A DNA stretch of 64,000 nt from Escherichia coli (GTDB taxonomy: Bacteria; Pseudomonadota; Gammaproteobacteria; Enterobacterales; Enterobacteriaceae), in assembly GCF_024700885.2 (NCBI RefSeq), contig NZ_CP117016.1. The stretch is one strand, 5' to 3'. The position numbers were made by a program, and so were the translations under genes. Shown here in pieces: positions 51,619 through 62,640 of this stretch. The notes under the pieces were generated by a model that saw only the letters and a program-made list of their open reading frames with translations, ran no database searches and was not told the DNA's origin. Numbering within the stretch: position 1 is the stretch's first letter; the number at the start of each line of letters is the position of its first letter.

Positions 51619-54492
51619 TTACTGGTATTCGCTAATCGGTACGCAGGAGCAGAACAGGTTACGGTCGCCGTAAACATCATCCAGACGTTTCACTGTCGGC
51701 CAGTATTTGTCTGCCACGCCTGCCGGGAATACCGCAACTTCACGGCTGTACGGATGCGCCCACTCGGCGACCAGTTCGCTCTGAATGTGCGGCGCGTTCA
51801 CCAGCGGGTTATCTTCCAGCGGCCAGACACCGGCTTTCACCTGGTCAATTTCTGCGCGGATAGCCAGCATCGCGTCGATAAAGCGATCCAGTTCCACTTT
51901 GCTTTCGGATTCGGTCGGTTCAACCATCAGCGTACCCGCCACCGGGAATGACATGGTCGGCGCGTGGAAACCGTAGTCGATCAGACGCTTGGCAATATCC
52001 AGTTCGCTGATGCCGGTTTCTTCTTTCAGCGGACGAATATCAAGAATACATTCGTGCGCCACGCGACCGTCGCGACCGGTATACAGCACCGGGAAAGCAT
52101 CCTGCAGGCGGCTGGCAATATAGTTGGCGTTAAGAATTGCCACCTGGCTTGCTTTTTTCAGCCCTTCTGCGCCCATCATGCGGATGTACATCCAGCTGAT
52201 TGGCAGGATAGAGGCACTACCGAACGGTGCCGCAGAAACCGCGCCCTGACGGGTTAACATGCCTTCGATTTGCACCACGCTATGACCCGGTACAAACGGT
52301 GCCAAATGCGCTTTCACACCGATCGGTCCCATACCTGGGCCGCCGCCACCGTGCGGAATGCAGAAGGTTTTATGCAGGTTGAGATGCGAAACGTCCGCGC
52401 CAATAAAGCCCGGTGAGGTAATGCCAACCTGGGCGTTCATGTTCGCGCCATCAAGGTAAACCTGACCGCCGAACTGATGCACGACTTCACACACTTCACG
52501 GATCGTTTCTTCGTACACGCCGTGGGTGGAAGGATAAGTCACCATGATGCAGGAGAGATTATCGCCCGCCTGTTCCGCTTTCGCGCGCAGGTCAGTCAGA
52601 TCGATGTTGCCATTTTTATCACATGCCACAACCACCACCTGCATTCCTGCCATATGTGCAGAAGCAGGGTTAGTTCCGTGCGCAGAAGCCGGGATCAGGC
52701 AGATATCGCGATGCCCCTCGTTGCGGCTTTCATGATAATGACGAATCGCCAGCAGGCCCGCGTATTCGCCCTGTGCGCCAGAGTTCGGCTGCATACAAAC
52801 GGCGTCGTAACCAGTCAGTTTCACCAGCCAATCAGCCAGCTGCGCAATCATCTGCTGATAACCTTCTGCCTGTTCCGGCGGGCAGAACGGGTGCAGTTCG
52901 GCAAATTCCGGCCAGGTGATGGGGATCATCTCGGCGGCGGCGTTCAGTTTCATGGTGCAGGAACCCAGCGGGATCATCGCCTGATTCAGCGCCAGATCTT
53001 TACGCTCCAGCGAGTGCATATAGCGCATCATTTCGGTTTCGCTGTGGTAGCGATTAAACACCGGATGGGTGAGGATTTCGTCGTCGCGCAGCATCGCAGG
53101 CTGGATAGAGCGGCTGTCGTGAGCCACGTCTTTGTCCAGCGTGTCGATGTCCAGGCCGTGGTTATCCCCCAGCAGTACGCTGAAAAGCTGCATCACGTTT
53201 TCGCGCGTGGTGGTTTCATCAAGGGTGATCCCAACCGCGTTCAGGATATCGCTACGCAGGTTGATTTCAGCCGCTTCGGCACGCGCCAGTACGCCCGCCT
53301 TGTCGGCCACTTCCACACACAGAGTGTCGAAATAGTGCGCATGGCGCAGCTTCAGACCTTTTTGTTGCAGGCCTGCCGCCAGGATATCGGTCAGACGGTG
53401 AATGCGGTTAGCGATACGTTTCAGGCCAACCGGGCCGTGATAAACGGCATACAGGCTGGCGATGTTTGCCAGCAGCACCTGGGAAGTACAAATGTTGGAG
53501 TTCGCTTTCTCACGACGAATATGTTGCTCGCGAGTCTGCATCGCCATGCGCAGAGCGGTGTTGCCAGCTGCATCTTTCGATACACCGATAATACGGCCCG
53601 GCATTGAGCGTTTGTATTCGTCTTTCGCCGCAAAGAATGCCGCGTGTGGGCCACCGTAACCCATCGGTACGCCAAAGCGTTGCGCCGAACCAAAAACAAT
53701 ATCCGCGCCCTGTTTACCCGGCGCAGTTAACAGCACCAGCGCCATAATATCGGCGGCGACACTGACCACAATTTTGCGTGATTTCAGTTCGCTAATAAGC
53801 GCGGTGTAGTCGTGAATTTCACCAGTAGTGCCGACCTGCTGTAACAGCACGCCGAAGACGTCCTGGTGGTCGAGCACTTTTTGCGCATCATCGACAATCA
53901 CTTCAAAACCAAAGGTTTCAGCACGAGTACGGACCACATCCAGCGTTTGCGGATGCACATCGGAAGCCACGAAGAAGCGGTTGGCATTTTTCAGTTTGCT
54001 GACGCGTTTCGCCATCGCCATTGCTTCGGCGGCAGCGGTGGCTTCGTCAAGAAGAGAAGCCGATGCCATATCCAGACCGGTCAAATCCAGCGTTACCTGC
54101 TGGAAGTTGAGCAGTGCTTCAAGGCGGCCCTGGGAGACTTCAGGTTGATACGGAGTATACGCGGTATACCAGCCCGGATTTTCCAGCATGTTACGCAGAA
54201 TAACCGGCGGTAGCTGCACGGCGGTGTAACCCATGCCGATGTAAGACGTGAAGCGTTTATTGCGACTGGCAATAGCCTTGAGTTCCGCCAGCGCGGCGTA
54301 TTCGGTCGCCGGTGCGCCAACCTGCGGCGGGGTCGCAAGCTGAATATCTTTCGGCACAATCTGGCCGGTCAGCGCGTTTAACGATTGTGCGCCAACGGCA
54401 TTCAGCATTTCTTGCTGTTGCGCGGCGTCCGGTCCGATATGGCGTTCAATAAAAGCGCCGCTGTTTTCAAGCTGGCTTAACGTCTGTGTCAT
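51619..54492 (-). CDS. gcvP: glycine dehydrogenase (decarboxylating), glycine cleavage P protein
   Basis: 957 aa from [22 protein letters not shown]...; ORF-track extension to 54576 rejected. Confidence 0.95.
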   Translation of the reverse strand: MTQTLSQLENSGAFIERHIGPDAAQQQEMLNAVGAQSLNALTGQIVPKDIQLATPPQVGAPATEYAALAELKAIASRNKRFTSYIGMGYTAVQLPPVILRNMLENPGWYTAYTPYQPEVSQGRLEALLNFQQVTLDLTGLDMASASLLDEATAAAEAMAMAKRVSKLKNANRFFVASDVHPQTLDVVRTRAETFGFEVIVDDAQKVLDHQDVFGVLLQQVGTTGEIHDYTALISELKSRKIVVSVAADIMALVLLTAPGKQGADIVFGSAQRFGVPMGYGGPHAAFFAAKDEYKRSMPGRIIGVSKDAAGNTALRMAMQTREQHIRREKANSNICTSQVLLANIASLYAVYHGPVGLKRIANRIHRLTDILAAGLQQKGLKLRHAHYFDTLCVEVADKAGVLARAEAAEINLRSDILNAVGITLDETTTRENVMQLFSVLLGDNHGLDIDTLDKDVAHDSRSIQPAMLRDDEILTHPVFNRYHSETEMMRYMHSLERKDLALNQAMIPLGSCTMKLNAAAEMIPITWPEFAELHPFCPPEQAEGYQQMIAQLADWLVKLTGYDAVCMQPNSGAQGEYAGLLAIRHYHESRNEGHRDICLIPASAHGTNPASAHMAGMQVVVVACDKNGNIDLTDLRAKAEQAGDNLSCIMVTYPSTHGVYEETIREVCEVVHQFGGQVYLDGANMNAQVGITSPGFIGADVSHLNLHKTFCIPHGGGGPGMGPIGVKAHLAPFVPGHSVVQIEGMLTRQGAVSAAPFGSASILPISWMYIRMMGAEGLKKASQVAILNANYIASRLQDAFPVLYTGRDGRVAHECILDIRPLKEETGISELDIAKRLIDYGFHAPTMSFPVAGTLMVEPTESESKVELDRFIDAMLAIRAEIDQVKAGVWPLEDNPLVNAPHIQSELVAEWAHPYSREVAVFPAGVADKYWPTVKRLDDVYGDRNLFCSCVPISEYQ

Positions 54493-54610
54493 GAGCGATG
54501 GTTCCTGAAACGTGCAGTGAATTGTGAACCTCTCTCCTTGCGAAGAGAGTGAGGGTGAGGCGTAAAAGTTCCTCACCCTGATCCTCTCCCGCAGAAGAGG
54601 AATAAAGCCG

Positions 54611-55000
54611 TTACTCGTCTTCTAACAATGCTTCGTATGCGGTCGCATCCAGCAGTGATTCCAGTTCGCTTTCATCGCTGGCTTTGATTTTAAAGATCCA
54701 GCCGCCTGCATACGGTTCGCTGTTCACCAGTTCCGGGGAATCGCTCAGTGCGTCGTTTACCGCCACGATTTCACCGCTTACTGGCGCATAAATGTCTGAC
54801 GCCGCTTTTACCGATTCGGCAACCGCGCAGTCATCGCCCGCGCTAACCGTCGCGCCCACTTCCGGCAGGTCAACAAACACCATATCGCCTAACAGCTCCT
54901 GGGCATGTTCGGTGATACCAACGGTGTAAGTGCCGTCGGCTTCTTTACGCAGCCATTCGTGTTCTTTGCTGTATTTCAGTTCTGCTGGTACGTTGCTCAT
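54611..55000 (-). CDS. gcvH: glycine cleavage system H protein (lipoyl carrier)
   Basis: 129 aa from [16 protein letters not shown]... Confidence 0.95.
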
Positions 55001-55023
55001 CAATCAATCTCCAAAAAAGTAAA

Positions 55024-56118
55024 TCACGCGACGGCTTTACCGTTACGCACAAAAACAGGTTTCGTCACTTTAACCGGCATTTCACGGTTGCGAATTTGCA
55101 CAATCGCTGTTTCACCAATACCTTCCGGCACGCGCGCCAGCGCAATGCTGTAACCCAGCGTCGGGGAGAAAGTCCCGCTGGTGATAATGCCTTCATGCTG
55201 GTTGCCCTGCGCATCGGTAAAACGTACCGGCAGTTCATTACGCAGCACGCCTTTTTCGGTCATCACCAGACCAACCAGTTTTTCTGTGCCATGCTCACGC
55301 TGCACTTCCAGGGCTTCACGACCGATGAAGTCACGATCTGCCGGTTCCCAGGCGATAGTCCAGCCCATATTGGCGGCTAAAGGAGAGATGGTTTCGTCCA
55401 TCTCCTGACTATAAAGATTCATACCCGCTTCCAGACGCAGCGTGTCACGCGCGCCCAGGCCGCATGGCTTAACGCCCGCTTCCACCAGCGCACGCCAGAA
55501 ATCGGCCGCTTTTTCATTGGGCAGCGCAATTTCGTAGCCCGCTTCACCGGTGTAACCGGTGGTGGCAATAAACAGATCGCCCGCCTGCACGCCAAAGAAC
55601 GGTTTCATCCCTTCCACCGCCTGACGCTGGGTGTCATTAAACAGTGTGGCAGCTTTTGCCTGCGCATTCGGCCCTTGTACGGCGATCATGGAAAGGTCAT
55701 CACGAACGGTAATTTCGATGCCGAAAGGTTCAGCGTGTTGGGTAATCCAGGAGAGGTCTTTTTCGCGGGTGGCGGAGTTAACAACGAGGCGGAAGAAATC
55801 TTCAGTAAAGTAGTAGACGATGAGGTCATCTATCACACCGCCAGAGGCATTCAACATCCCCGAGTAAAGGGCTTTGCCGCTTTTGGTGAGTTTCGCCACA
55901 TCGTTCGCCAGCAGATAACGCAAAAACTCCCGGGTGCGGCTGCCGCGAAGATCGACGATGGTCATATGTGACACATCAAACATTCCGGCATCGGTACGTA
56001 CCGCATGATGTTCGTCGATTTGCGAACCGTAATGCAGCGGCATCATCCAGCCGTGGAAATCCACCATGCGAGCGCCGCAAAGCGTGTGTTGTTCGTATAA
56101 AGGAGTCTGTTGTGCCAT
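55024..56118 (-). CDS. gcvT: aminomethyltransferase, glycine cleavage T protein
   Basis: 364 aa from [11 protein letters not shown]... with AGGAG Shine-Dalgarno; ORF-track extension to 56241 rejected. Confidence 0.95.
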
Positions 56119-56565
56119 CTTGTCCTCATTGAATAAGCGGGGCTGACAACTTTTCCATGGCGAAATTATCACCACGAAACCCAGCATCGGAGCCACTCCC
56201 GGTCCCCAACGCAATCGTTCTCTTTTGCCTGAACTTACCACCGAAACAGACTGTTAACCATAAGGTAAAATTGATCATCACATTAGCTTATGGTTAAAAA
56301 ACGCCAAAATCGCAACAGAATAAAAAACCAAAAAATGAACAAATCTCTATATAAAGATAAACAAATGAGAAACTTAATTTGAATAAAGCAATATTAAGAA
56401 CTGAAAAAATGTCAAAAAACACTAAATCAAAAATTCGTGACATTAGAAAATATAATGCGAAAACGGAGGTGAAATTAGTTTATTTCAAATGAGGAAAATC
56501 TCCCGGCGAAAAAACCGGGAGATGAAAGTGTGATGGGTATCAAATAAACAACAGAGGAGAAATTT
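56119..56565 (-). promoter_or_regulatory. gcvTHP promoter / upstream regulatory region (AT-rich)
   Basis: 447-bp intergenic region upstream of gcvT; known from the literature to carry GcvA, Lrp, PurR and CRP sites, which were not mapped individually here. Confidence 0.5.
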
Positions 56566-57768
56566 TTAACGCAGCCATTCAGGCAAATCGTTTAATCCCA
56601 TTGCCTGGCGGATAAGTTGTGGTTTAACGCCAGGAAGCGTGTCGGCCAGTTTCAGACCAATATCACGCAGCAGTTTTTTCGCCGGATTAGCCCCGGAAAA
56701 CAGATCGCGGAATCCCTGCATACCAGCCAGCATCAGCGCCGCACTGTGCTTACGGCTACGCTCATAGCGACGCAGGTAAATGTACTGCCCGATGTCTTTA
56801 CCCTGACGATGCAACCGTTTCAGTTCGGCAATCAGCTCTGCGGCATCCATAAAGCCGAGATTAACGCCCTGCCCCGCGAGCGGGTGAATAGTATGCGCGG
56901 CGTCGCCCACCAACGCCAGACGGTGTGCGGCAAACTGGCGGGCATAACGCCCCGTCAGCGGGAACACCTGACGCTCGCTCTCAACCTTGCATAAGCCCAG
57001 GCGATTATCAAAAGCGATATTTAACGCGCGATTAAATTCGTCTTCACTTGCCTGCTGCATCCGCTGCGCTTCCTCTGGCGACAGTGACCAGACAATCGAG
57101 CAAAGATGCGGATCGCTAAGCGGTAAAAAGGCCAGAATGCCTTCGCCATGGAAAACCTGCCGCGCCACCGCATCATGCGGTTCTTCCGTGCGAATGGTCG
57201 CTACCAGCGCGTGATGCTGATAATCCCAGAAAGTCAGCGGAATATCGGCTTTGTTGCGCAACCAGGAATTAGCGCCGTCCGCGCCAATCACCAGACGCGC
57301 CGTTAACATGCTGCCATCTTTCAGCGTCAGGAAGGTTTCATTTTCTCCCCAGGCGACCTGCTGTAATTCTGCGGGGGCTAACAGAGTGATATCTGACGAC
57401 TGATGTGCTTTGTTCCACAGCGCGTAGTGAATCACTGAATTTTCAACGATATGCCCAAGATGGCTATAGCCCATGCTTTGATCGTCAAACGAAATGTGAC
57501 CAAAACTGTCTTTGTCCCACACTTCCATACCGTGATAACAACTGGCCCTACGAGAGAGAATGTCCTGCCAGACGCCAAGACGGGTGAGTAATTTTTCGCT
57601 GGCGGCATTGATAGCCGAAACGCGCAGTTGTGGTGGTGCATCCGCCGCCAGAGGTTCCGGTACGCGCTGCTCCAGTACGGCAACGCGTAAGCCGCTCCCC
57701 TGTAAGCCGCAGGCAACCGCCAGCCCCACCATGCCGCCGCCAACAATGGCTACATCAACACTTTGCAT
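56566..57768 (-). CDS. ubiI: FAD-dependent 2-octaprenylphenol hydroxylase
   Basis: 400-aa ORF with N-terminal GGGMVG dinucleotide-binding motif. Confidence 0.9.
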   Translation of the reverse strand: MQSVDVAIVGGGMVGLAVACGLQGSGLRVAVLEQRVPEPLAADAPPQLRVSAINAASEKLLTRLGVWQDILSRRASCYHGMEVWDKDSFGHISFDDQSMGYSHLGHIVENSVIHYALWNKAHQSSDITLLAPAELQQVAWGENETFLTLKDGSMLTARLVIGADGANSWLRNKADIPLTFWDYQHHALVATIRTEEPHDAVARQVFHGEGILAFLPLSDPHLCSIVWSLSPEEAQRMQQASEDEFNRALNIAFDNRLGLCKVESERQVFPLTGRYARQFAAHRLALVGDAAHTIHPLAGQGVNLGFMDAAELIAELKRLHRQGKDIGQYIYLRRYERSRKHSAALMLAGMQGFRDLFSGANPAKKLLRDIGLKLADTLPGVKPQLIRQAMGLNDLPEWLR

Positions 57769-57790
57769 TGTTTATTCCTTAAAACCGCCT

Positions 57791-58969
57791 TCAACGCGCC
57801 ACCCAACCGAGGGTGCGCTGCGCCAGCACATCGCGTGCCGGGGTAAATAATTCCATCGTCATCAGCCCGATGTTGCGCCCGACAACCAGCGGGGTCCAAC
57901 GGTTGGCAAAAAGATGTACAAGGCTGTCCGTGACGCCGATGGTTGCTTCGCGATCGCTCTGTCGACGCTGCTGATAACGGCACAATACGCCGTAATCACC
58001 CATGTCTTCTCCGCGCTCCTGCGCCTGAGTCAGAGTTTCTGCAAGGCTCATCACATCACGCATACCGAGGTTGAACCCTTGCCCGGCGATGGGGTGCAGA
58101 GTTTGCGCCGCATTGCCCACCAGCACAGTGCGATGGGTAATCGGTCTGGCGGCGCGGGTTAATGCCAGCGGATAAGCACTGCGTTTACCAGCGTGGGTAA
58201 TTTTCCCAAGTCGCCAGCCAAAGGCCGACTGGAGTTCACGGCAAAACTTCTCGTCGCTCCACGACAGCACCTCTTCGCGCCGTTCCAGTGGATGACACCA
58301 GACCAGCGAACAGCGTCCGTCAGACATCGGCAACATCGCCAGCGGGCCATGTTGCGTAAAGCGTTCAAAAGCGCGCCCTTCATGCGCAACGGAAGTCGCA
58401 ACGTTGGCAATCACAGCCAGTTGTTCGTAAGGCTCCTGCTGCCAGTCAACGCCGCACACAGTGGCTAACGCTGAATGGGTGCCATCAGCGGCTACCAGCA
58501 CGCGGCCCGTCAGCGTTTCGCCACACTCCAGCGTCACTTCAACATGACTCTGAGTACGGGCAACGTTAGCCACGCGATCCGGGCAATGCAGCGTTACGCC
58601 AGGTGCTTTGCGCAGCAATGCAAACAGCCGTTGCCCGACATTGTGCAATTCGACAACCTGTCCCAGCGCCGCCAGTTGGTAATCTTCTGCGGCGAGGGTG
58701 ACGAATCCGGCATGACCACGATCGCTGACATGCACGGTAGTGATGGCGGTTGCGCAATCAGCCAGAGATTGCCAGACGCCGATGCGCGCCAGTTGCTGAC
58801 AGGTACCCGCCGCCAGCGCTATCGCTCGTCCATCAAAGCCCGGATGAGCATGTGACTCTGGCGCAGTCGCTTCAATCAAATGTACCGGCAGCGCCCCGTG
58901 ACTTAACCGGGAAATAGCCAGCGCCAGCGTCGCGCCCGCCATGCCGCCACCGACGATGATTACGCTCAT
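57791..58969 (-). CDS. ubiH: FAD-dependent 2-octaprenyl-6-methoxyphenol hydroxylase
   Basis: 392-aa ORF with GGGMAG motif. Confidence 0.9.
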   Translation of the reverse strand: MSVIIVGGGMAGATLALAISRLSHGALPVHLIEATAPESHAHPGFDGRAIALAAGTCQQLARIGVWQSLADCATAITTVHVSDRGHAGFVTLAAEDYQLAALGQVVELHNVGQRLFALLRKAPGVTLHCPDRVANVARTQSHVEVTLECGETLTGRVLVAADGTHSALATVCGVDWQQEPYEQLAVIANVATSVAHEGRAFERFTQHGPLAMLPMSDGRCSLVWCHPLERREEVLSWSDEKFCRELQSAFGWRLGKITHAGKRSAYPLALTRAARPITHRTVLVGNAAQTLHPIAGQGFNLGMRDVMSLAETLTQAQERGEDMGDYGVLCRYQQRRQSDREATIGVTDSLVHLFANRWTPLVVGRNIGLMTMELFTPARDVLAQRTLGWVAR

Positions 58970-60291
58970 TGCTTTCTCGCAGCAGCCATCAACGCTTCGA
59001 TTTCTTCCGGCTTTTTCACCACGCTGGCGGTGAGGTTTTCGTTGCCGGTTTCGGTAATCACAATGTCGTCTTCAATACGAATGCCGATACCGCGATATTG
59101 TTCTGGCACATCCGCATCCGGCGCGATATACAGACCAGGCTCTACGGTCAGTACCATCCCCGGTTCCAGAATGCGCGAGCGATCCTGGCCATAAACGCCA
59201 ACGTCATGGACATCCAGTCCTAACCAGTGGCTAAGGCCATGCATAAAGAAAGGACGATGGGCGTTCTGAGCGATCAGTTCATCAACATCACCTTTCAGGA
59301 TGCCGAGTTTTACCAGGCCGCTAACCATGATACGCACCACTTCACCAGTGACTTCCTGCATGGAAGTTCCCGGACGATACAGGCGCAGGCTGGTTTCGAG
59401 AGACTCCAGCACAATGTCGTAGATTTCACGCTGGGCCTGGGTGAATTTGCCGTTGACCGGGAAGGTGCGGGTAATATCGCCCGCGTAACCTTTGTATTCA
59501 CAACCCGCGTCAATCAACACCAGGTCACCGTCGCGCAGTTCACTCTCGTTTTCGGTGTAGTGCAGAATGCAGCCGTTTTCACCGCTGCCGACAATGGTGT
59601 TATAGGACGGATAGCGCGCACCGTGGCGGTTAAATTCGTGGTGAATTTCGCCTTCCAGATGGTACTCGAACATTCCCGGACGGCATTTTTCCATCGCCCG
59701 GGTATGCGCCAGGGCGGTGATTTCTCCCGCGCGGCGAAGTACGGCAATCTCTTCCGGCGATTTGAACAGGCGCATTTCATGAACAATGGGACGCCAGTCG
59801 ATCATCGTTGCTGGCGCGGTGAGATTTTGTCGCGAGCCTTTACGCAGCTTTTCCAGCGCGCTGTTCACGATTTCATCAGCATATGCATATTCGCCCTGGG
59901 CGTGGTAAACCACATCCAGACCATTAAGTAGTTGATAAAGTTGCTGATTAATTTCGCTGAATGCCAGTGCGCGGTGAACGCCCAGTTTCTCTGGCGCGGC
60001 ATCCTGACCTAAACGACGGCCAAACCAGATCTCCGCCGTCAGGTCGCGAACGCGGTTAAACAGAACGCTGTGGTTATGAGTGTCATCGCTTTTAATCAGC
60101 ACCAGCACCGCTTCCGGTTCGTTAAAGCCGGTGAAGTACCAGAAGTCACTGTTCTGACGATAGGGGTATTCGCTGTCGGCGCTACGTGTTACTTCTGGTG
60201 CAGCAAAAATCAGCGCGGCGCTGCCGGGTTGCATTTGCTCCACCAGGGCCTGACGGCGACGCTGAAACTCTTGCCGGGATATCTCACTCAT
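58966..60291 (-). CDS. pepP: Xaa-Pro aminopeptidase
   Basis: 441 aa from MSEISRQEFQRRRQAL...; ORF-track extension to 60504 rejected. Confidence 0.9.
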   Translation of the reverse strand: MSEISRQEFQRRRQALVEQMQPGSAALIFAAPEVTRSADSEYPYRQNSDFWYFTGFNEPEAVLVLIKSDDTHNHSVLFNRVRDLTAEIWFGRRLGQDAAPEKLGVHRALAFSEINQQLYQLLNGLDVVYHAQGEYAYADEIVNSALEKLRKGSRQNLTAPATMIDWRPIVHEMRLFKSPEEIAVLRRAGEITALAHTRAMEKCRPGMFEYHLEGEIHHEFNRHGARYPSYNTIVGSGENGCILHYTENESELRDGDLVLIDAGCEYKGYAGDITRTFPVNGKFTQAQREIYDIVLESLETSLRLYRPGTSMQEVTGEVVRIMVSGLVKLGILKGDVDELIAQNAHRPFFMHGLSHWLGLDVHDVGVYGQDRSRILEPGMVLTVEPGLYIAPDADVPEQYRGIGIRIEDDIVITETGNENLTASVVKKPEEIEALMAAARKQ

Positions 60292-60316
60292 AACACTCTC
60301 CTTACGTTTTTTGTTT

Positions 60317-60895
60317 TTAGTGTAGAGTCGGTTTTTGTACTTCTGGCGCGGTCGGTTGCGGATGAGTAAAGGTGTCGTGGCATAACAGCGCGGCAACACG
60401 AACGTATTCGATGATCTCTTCAAGCGACATTTCAAGCTCTTCCTGATCTTCGTCTTCGTCGTAGCCCAGCTGCGCGATGTTACGCAGATCGTCGATGGCT
60501 TCACCGGTTTCGCCGGTCACTTTGTCCAGCTTCGGTTGCGTAACGCCAAGACCAAGCAGGAAGTGATTGACCCAACCTGCCAGCGCATCAGCCCGATCGA
60601 AAACGCTGACATCATCGCCATCAGGCAGATAAAGTTGAAAAAGGAAGCCGTCATCCTGCAGGGCATCGCTGGTGGCAGAGTGCATTTTACGCAGTGCCTG
60701 TGCCAGCTCATGACCGAAAGCCATGCCTTCGTTCGTCAGGTCGTGAAGTAGCGGCAGCCATGAGCTGTCATCGTTACCGCCACATATCATCCCACTGATT
60801 AAACCATGCATCTCAGCAGGGGTCAGACCCGTCCCTTGTTGGTTCAGATACTGGTTCATTTCGTTGTAACCAGGCATTTCGTTCTGTATAGACAT
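60317..60895 (-). CDS. ygfB: UPF0149-family protein
   Basis: 192 aa from [10 protein letters not shown]... Confidence 0.85.
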
Positions 60896-60996
60896 AAGCA
60901 TTCGTCGTCAAAGGGAGGAATATTCATGATATGCTACCACTTTGGGCCCTGGTGGACCAGAAAAGGGCTTGTCTCTTCTCATCAGGGTAGCTATAG

Positions 60997-61392
<396 letters not shown>

Positions 61393-61433
61393 CACTTTTC
61401 GGTTTACTGTGGTAGAGTAACCGTGAAGACAAA

Positions 61434-61617
61434 ATTTCTCTGAGATGTTCGCAAGCGGGCCAGTCCCCTGAGCCGATATTTCATACCACAAGAATGTGGC
61501 GCTCCGCGGTTGGTGAGCATGCTCGGTCCGTCCGAGAAGCCTTAAAACTGCGACGACACATTCACCTTGAACCAAGGGTTCAAGGGTTACAGCCTGCGGC
61601 GGCATCTCGGAGATTCC
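61434..61617 (+). ncRNA. ssrS: 6S RNA (RNA polymerase sigma70-holoenzyme regulator)
   Basis: Matches the remembered 6S sequence ATTTCTCTGAGATGTTCGCAAGCGGGCCAGTCCCCTGAGCC...GGCATCTCGGAGATTCCCT. Confidence 0.9.
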
Positions 61618-61691
61618 CTTCTTATCTGGCACCAGCCATGACGCAACTACCAGAACTCCCACTGACATTATCCCGACAAGAAATCCGCAAA

Positions 61692-62240
61692 ATGATTCGG
61701 CAACGTCGTCGTGCGTTAACGCCGGAACAACAGCAGGAAATGGGTCAACAAGCTGCTACCCGGATGATGACTTATCCCCCAGTGGTGATGGCGCATACGG
61801 TCGCTGTATTCCTCTCTTTTGATGGCGAACTCGACACCCAGCCACTCATAGAACAACTCTGGCGCGCCGGTAAGCGCGTATATCTTCCAGTTTTGCATCC
61901 CTTTAGTGCCGGTAATTTGCTGTTCCTGAATTACCATCCGCAAAGCGAACTGGTGATGAACAGGTTGAAGATCCATGAGCCAAAACTGGATGTGCGTGAC
62001 GTGCTACCCCTTTCCCGATTAGACGTGTTGATCACACCGCTGGTCGCCTTTGATGAGTACGGTCAGCGCCTGGGAATGGGCGGTGGTTTTTATGATCGAA
62101 CCTTACAAAACTGGCAGCACTATAAAATGCAACCGGTGGGTTATGCGCATGATTGTCAGTTGGTGGAAAAACTCCCCGTTGAAGAGTGGGATATCCCACT
62201 TCCTGCGGTGGTTACACCGTCGAAAGTCTGGGAGTGGTGA
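61692..62240 (+). CDS. fau: 5-formyltetrahydrofolate cyclo-ligase
   Basis: 182 aa from MIRQRRRALTPEQQQEMGQQAA...; lies just downstream of 6S RNA; ORF-track extension from 61494 would run through ssrS and is rejected. Confidence 0.85.
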   Translation: MIRQRRRALTPEQQQEMGQQAATRMMTYPPVVMAHTVAVFLSFDGELDTQPLIEQLWRAGKRVYLPVLHPFSAGNLLFLNYHPQSELVMNRLKIHEPKLDVRDVLPLSRLDVLITPLVAFDEYGQRLGMGGGFYDRTLQNWQHYKMQPVGYAHDCQLVEKLPVEEWDIPLPAVVTPSKVWEW

Positions 62241-62301
62241 GGGCGACACACCTGCATCGCCCTGATTGACATCGTTGATTCTTTAACCTAATTTAGTGAG
62301 T

Positions 62302-62445
62302 AAGGGTAAGGGAGGATGACTCCTCCCCTGAGACTGACTGTTAATAAGCTGGGAAACTTATGAGTAACAGTACAATCAGTATGATGACAAGTCGCATCAT
62401 AACCCTTCTCCTTCAAGCCCTCGCTTCGGTGAGGGCTTTACCGTT
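62302..62445 (+). ncRNA. sibC: SibC-like antisense sRNA (type I antitoxin), ends approximate
   Basis: Putative promoter TTGACA (62266-62271), 17-bp spacer, TAATTT (62289-62294); fully antisense to ibsC; 3' hairpin AGCCCTCGCTTCGGTGAGGGCT. Confidence 0.5.
62341..62400 (-). CDS. ibsC: IbsC-family 19-aa hydrophobic toxin (type I toxin-antitoxin)
   Basis: Reverse strand encodes ATG ATG CGA CTT GTC ATC ATA CTG ATT GTA CTG TTA CTC ATA AGT TTC CCA GCT TAT TAA = MMRLVIILIVLLLISFPAY; AAGGAG Shine-Dalgarno upstream. Confidence 0.75.
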   Translation of the reverse strand: MMRLVIILIVLLLISFPAY

Positions 62446-62588
62446 ACAGCCCCATGCTGCCCTGCCATCGTAAATCCCCATTAAATAAACACAACGCATT
62501 GATCTGACTTTGATTTATTTCTTCGAGCAGACTCGCAAAGGCAATTGCAGCGCACTACAAATGGCAGCGACATGCGCGGGAGAAGCGA

Positions 62589-62618
62589 TAAAAAAACGGG
62601 CAAGTCAGTGACCTGCCC
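62589..62618 (-). terminator. rho-independent terminator of serA
   Basis: On the minus strand, CGGGCAGGTCACTGACTTGCCCG followed by TTTTTTT. Confidence 0.7.
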
Positions 62619-62640
62619 GTTGATTTTCAGAGAAGGGGAA

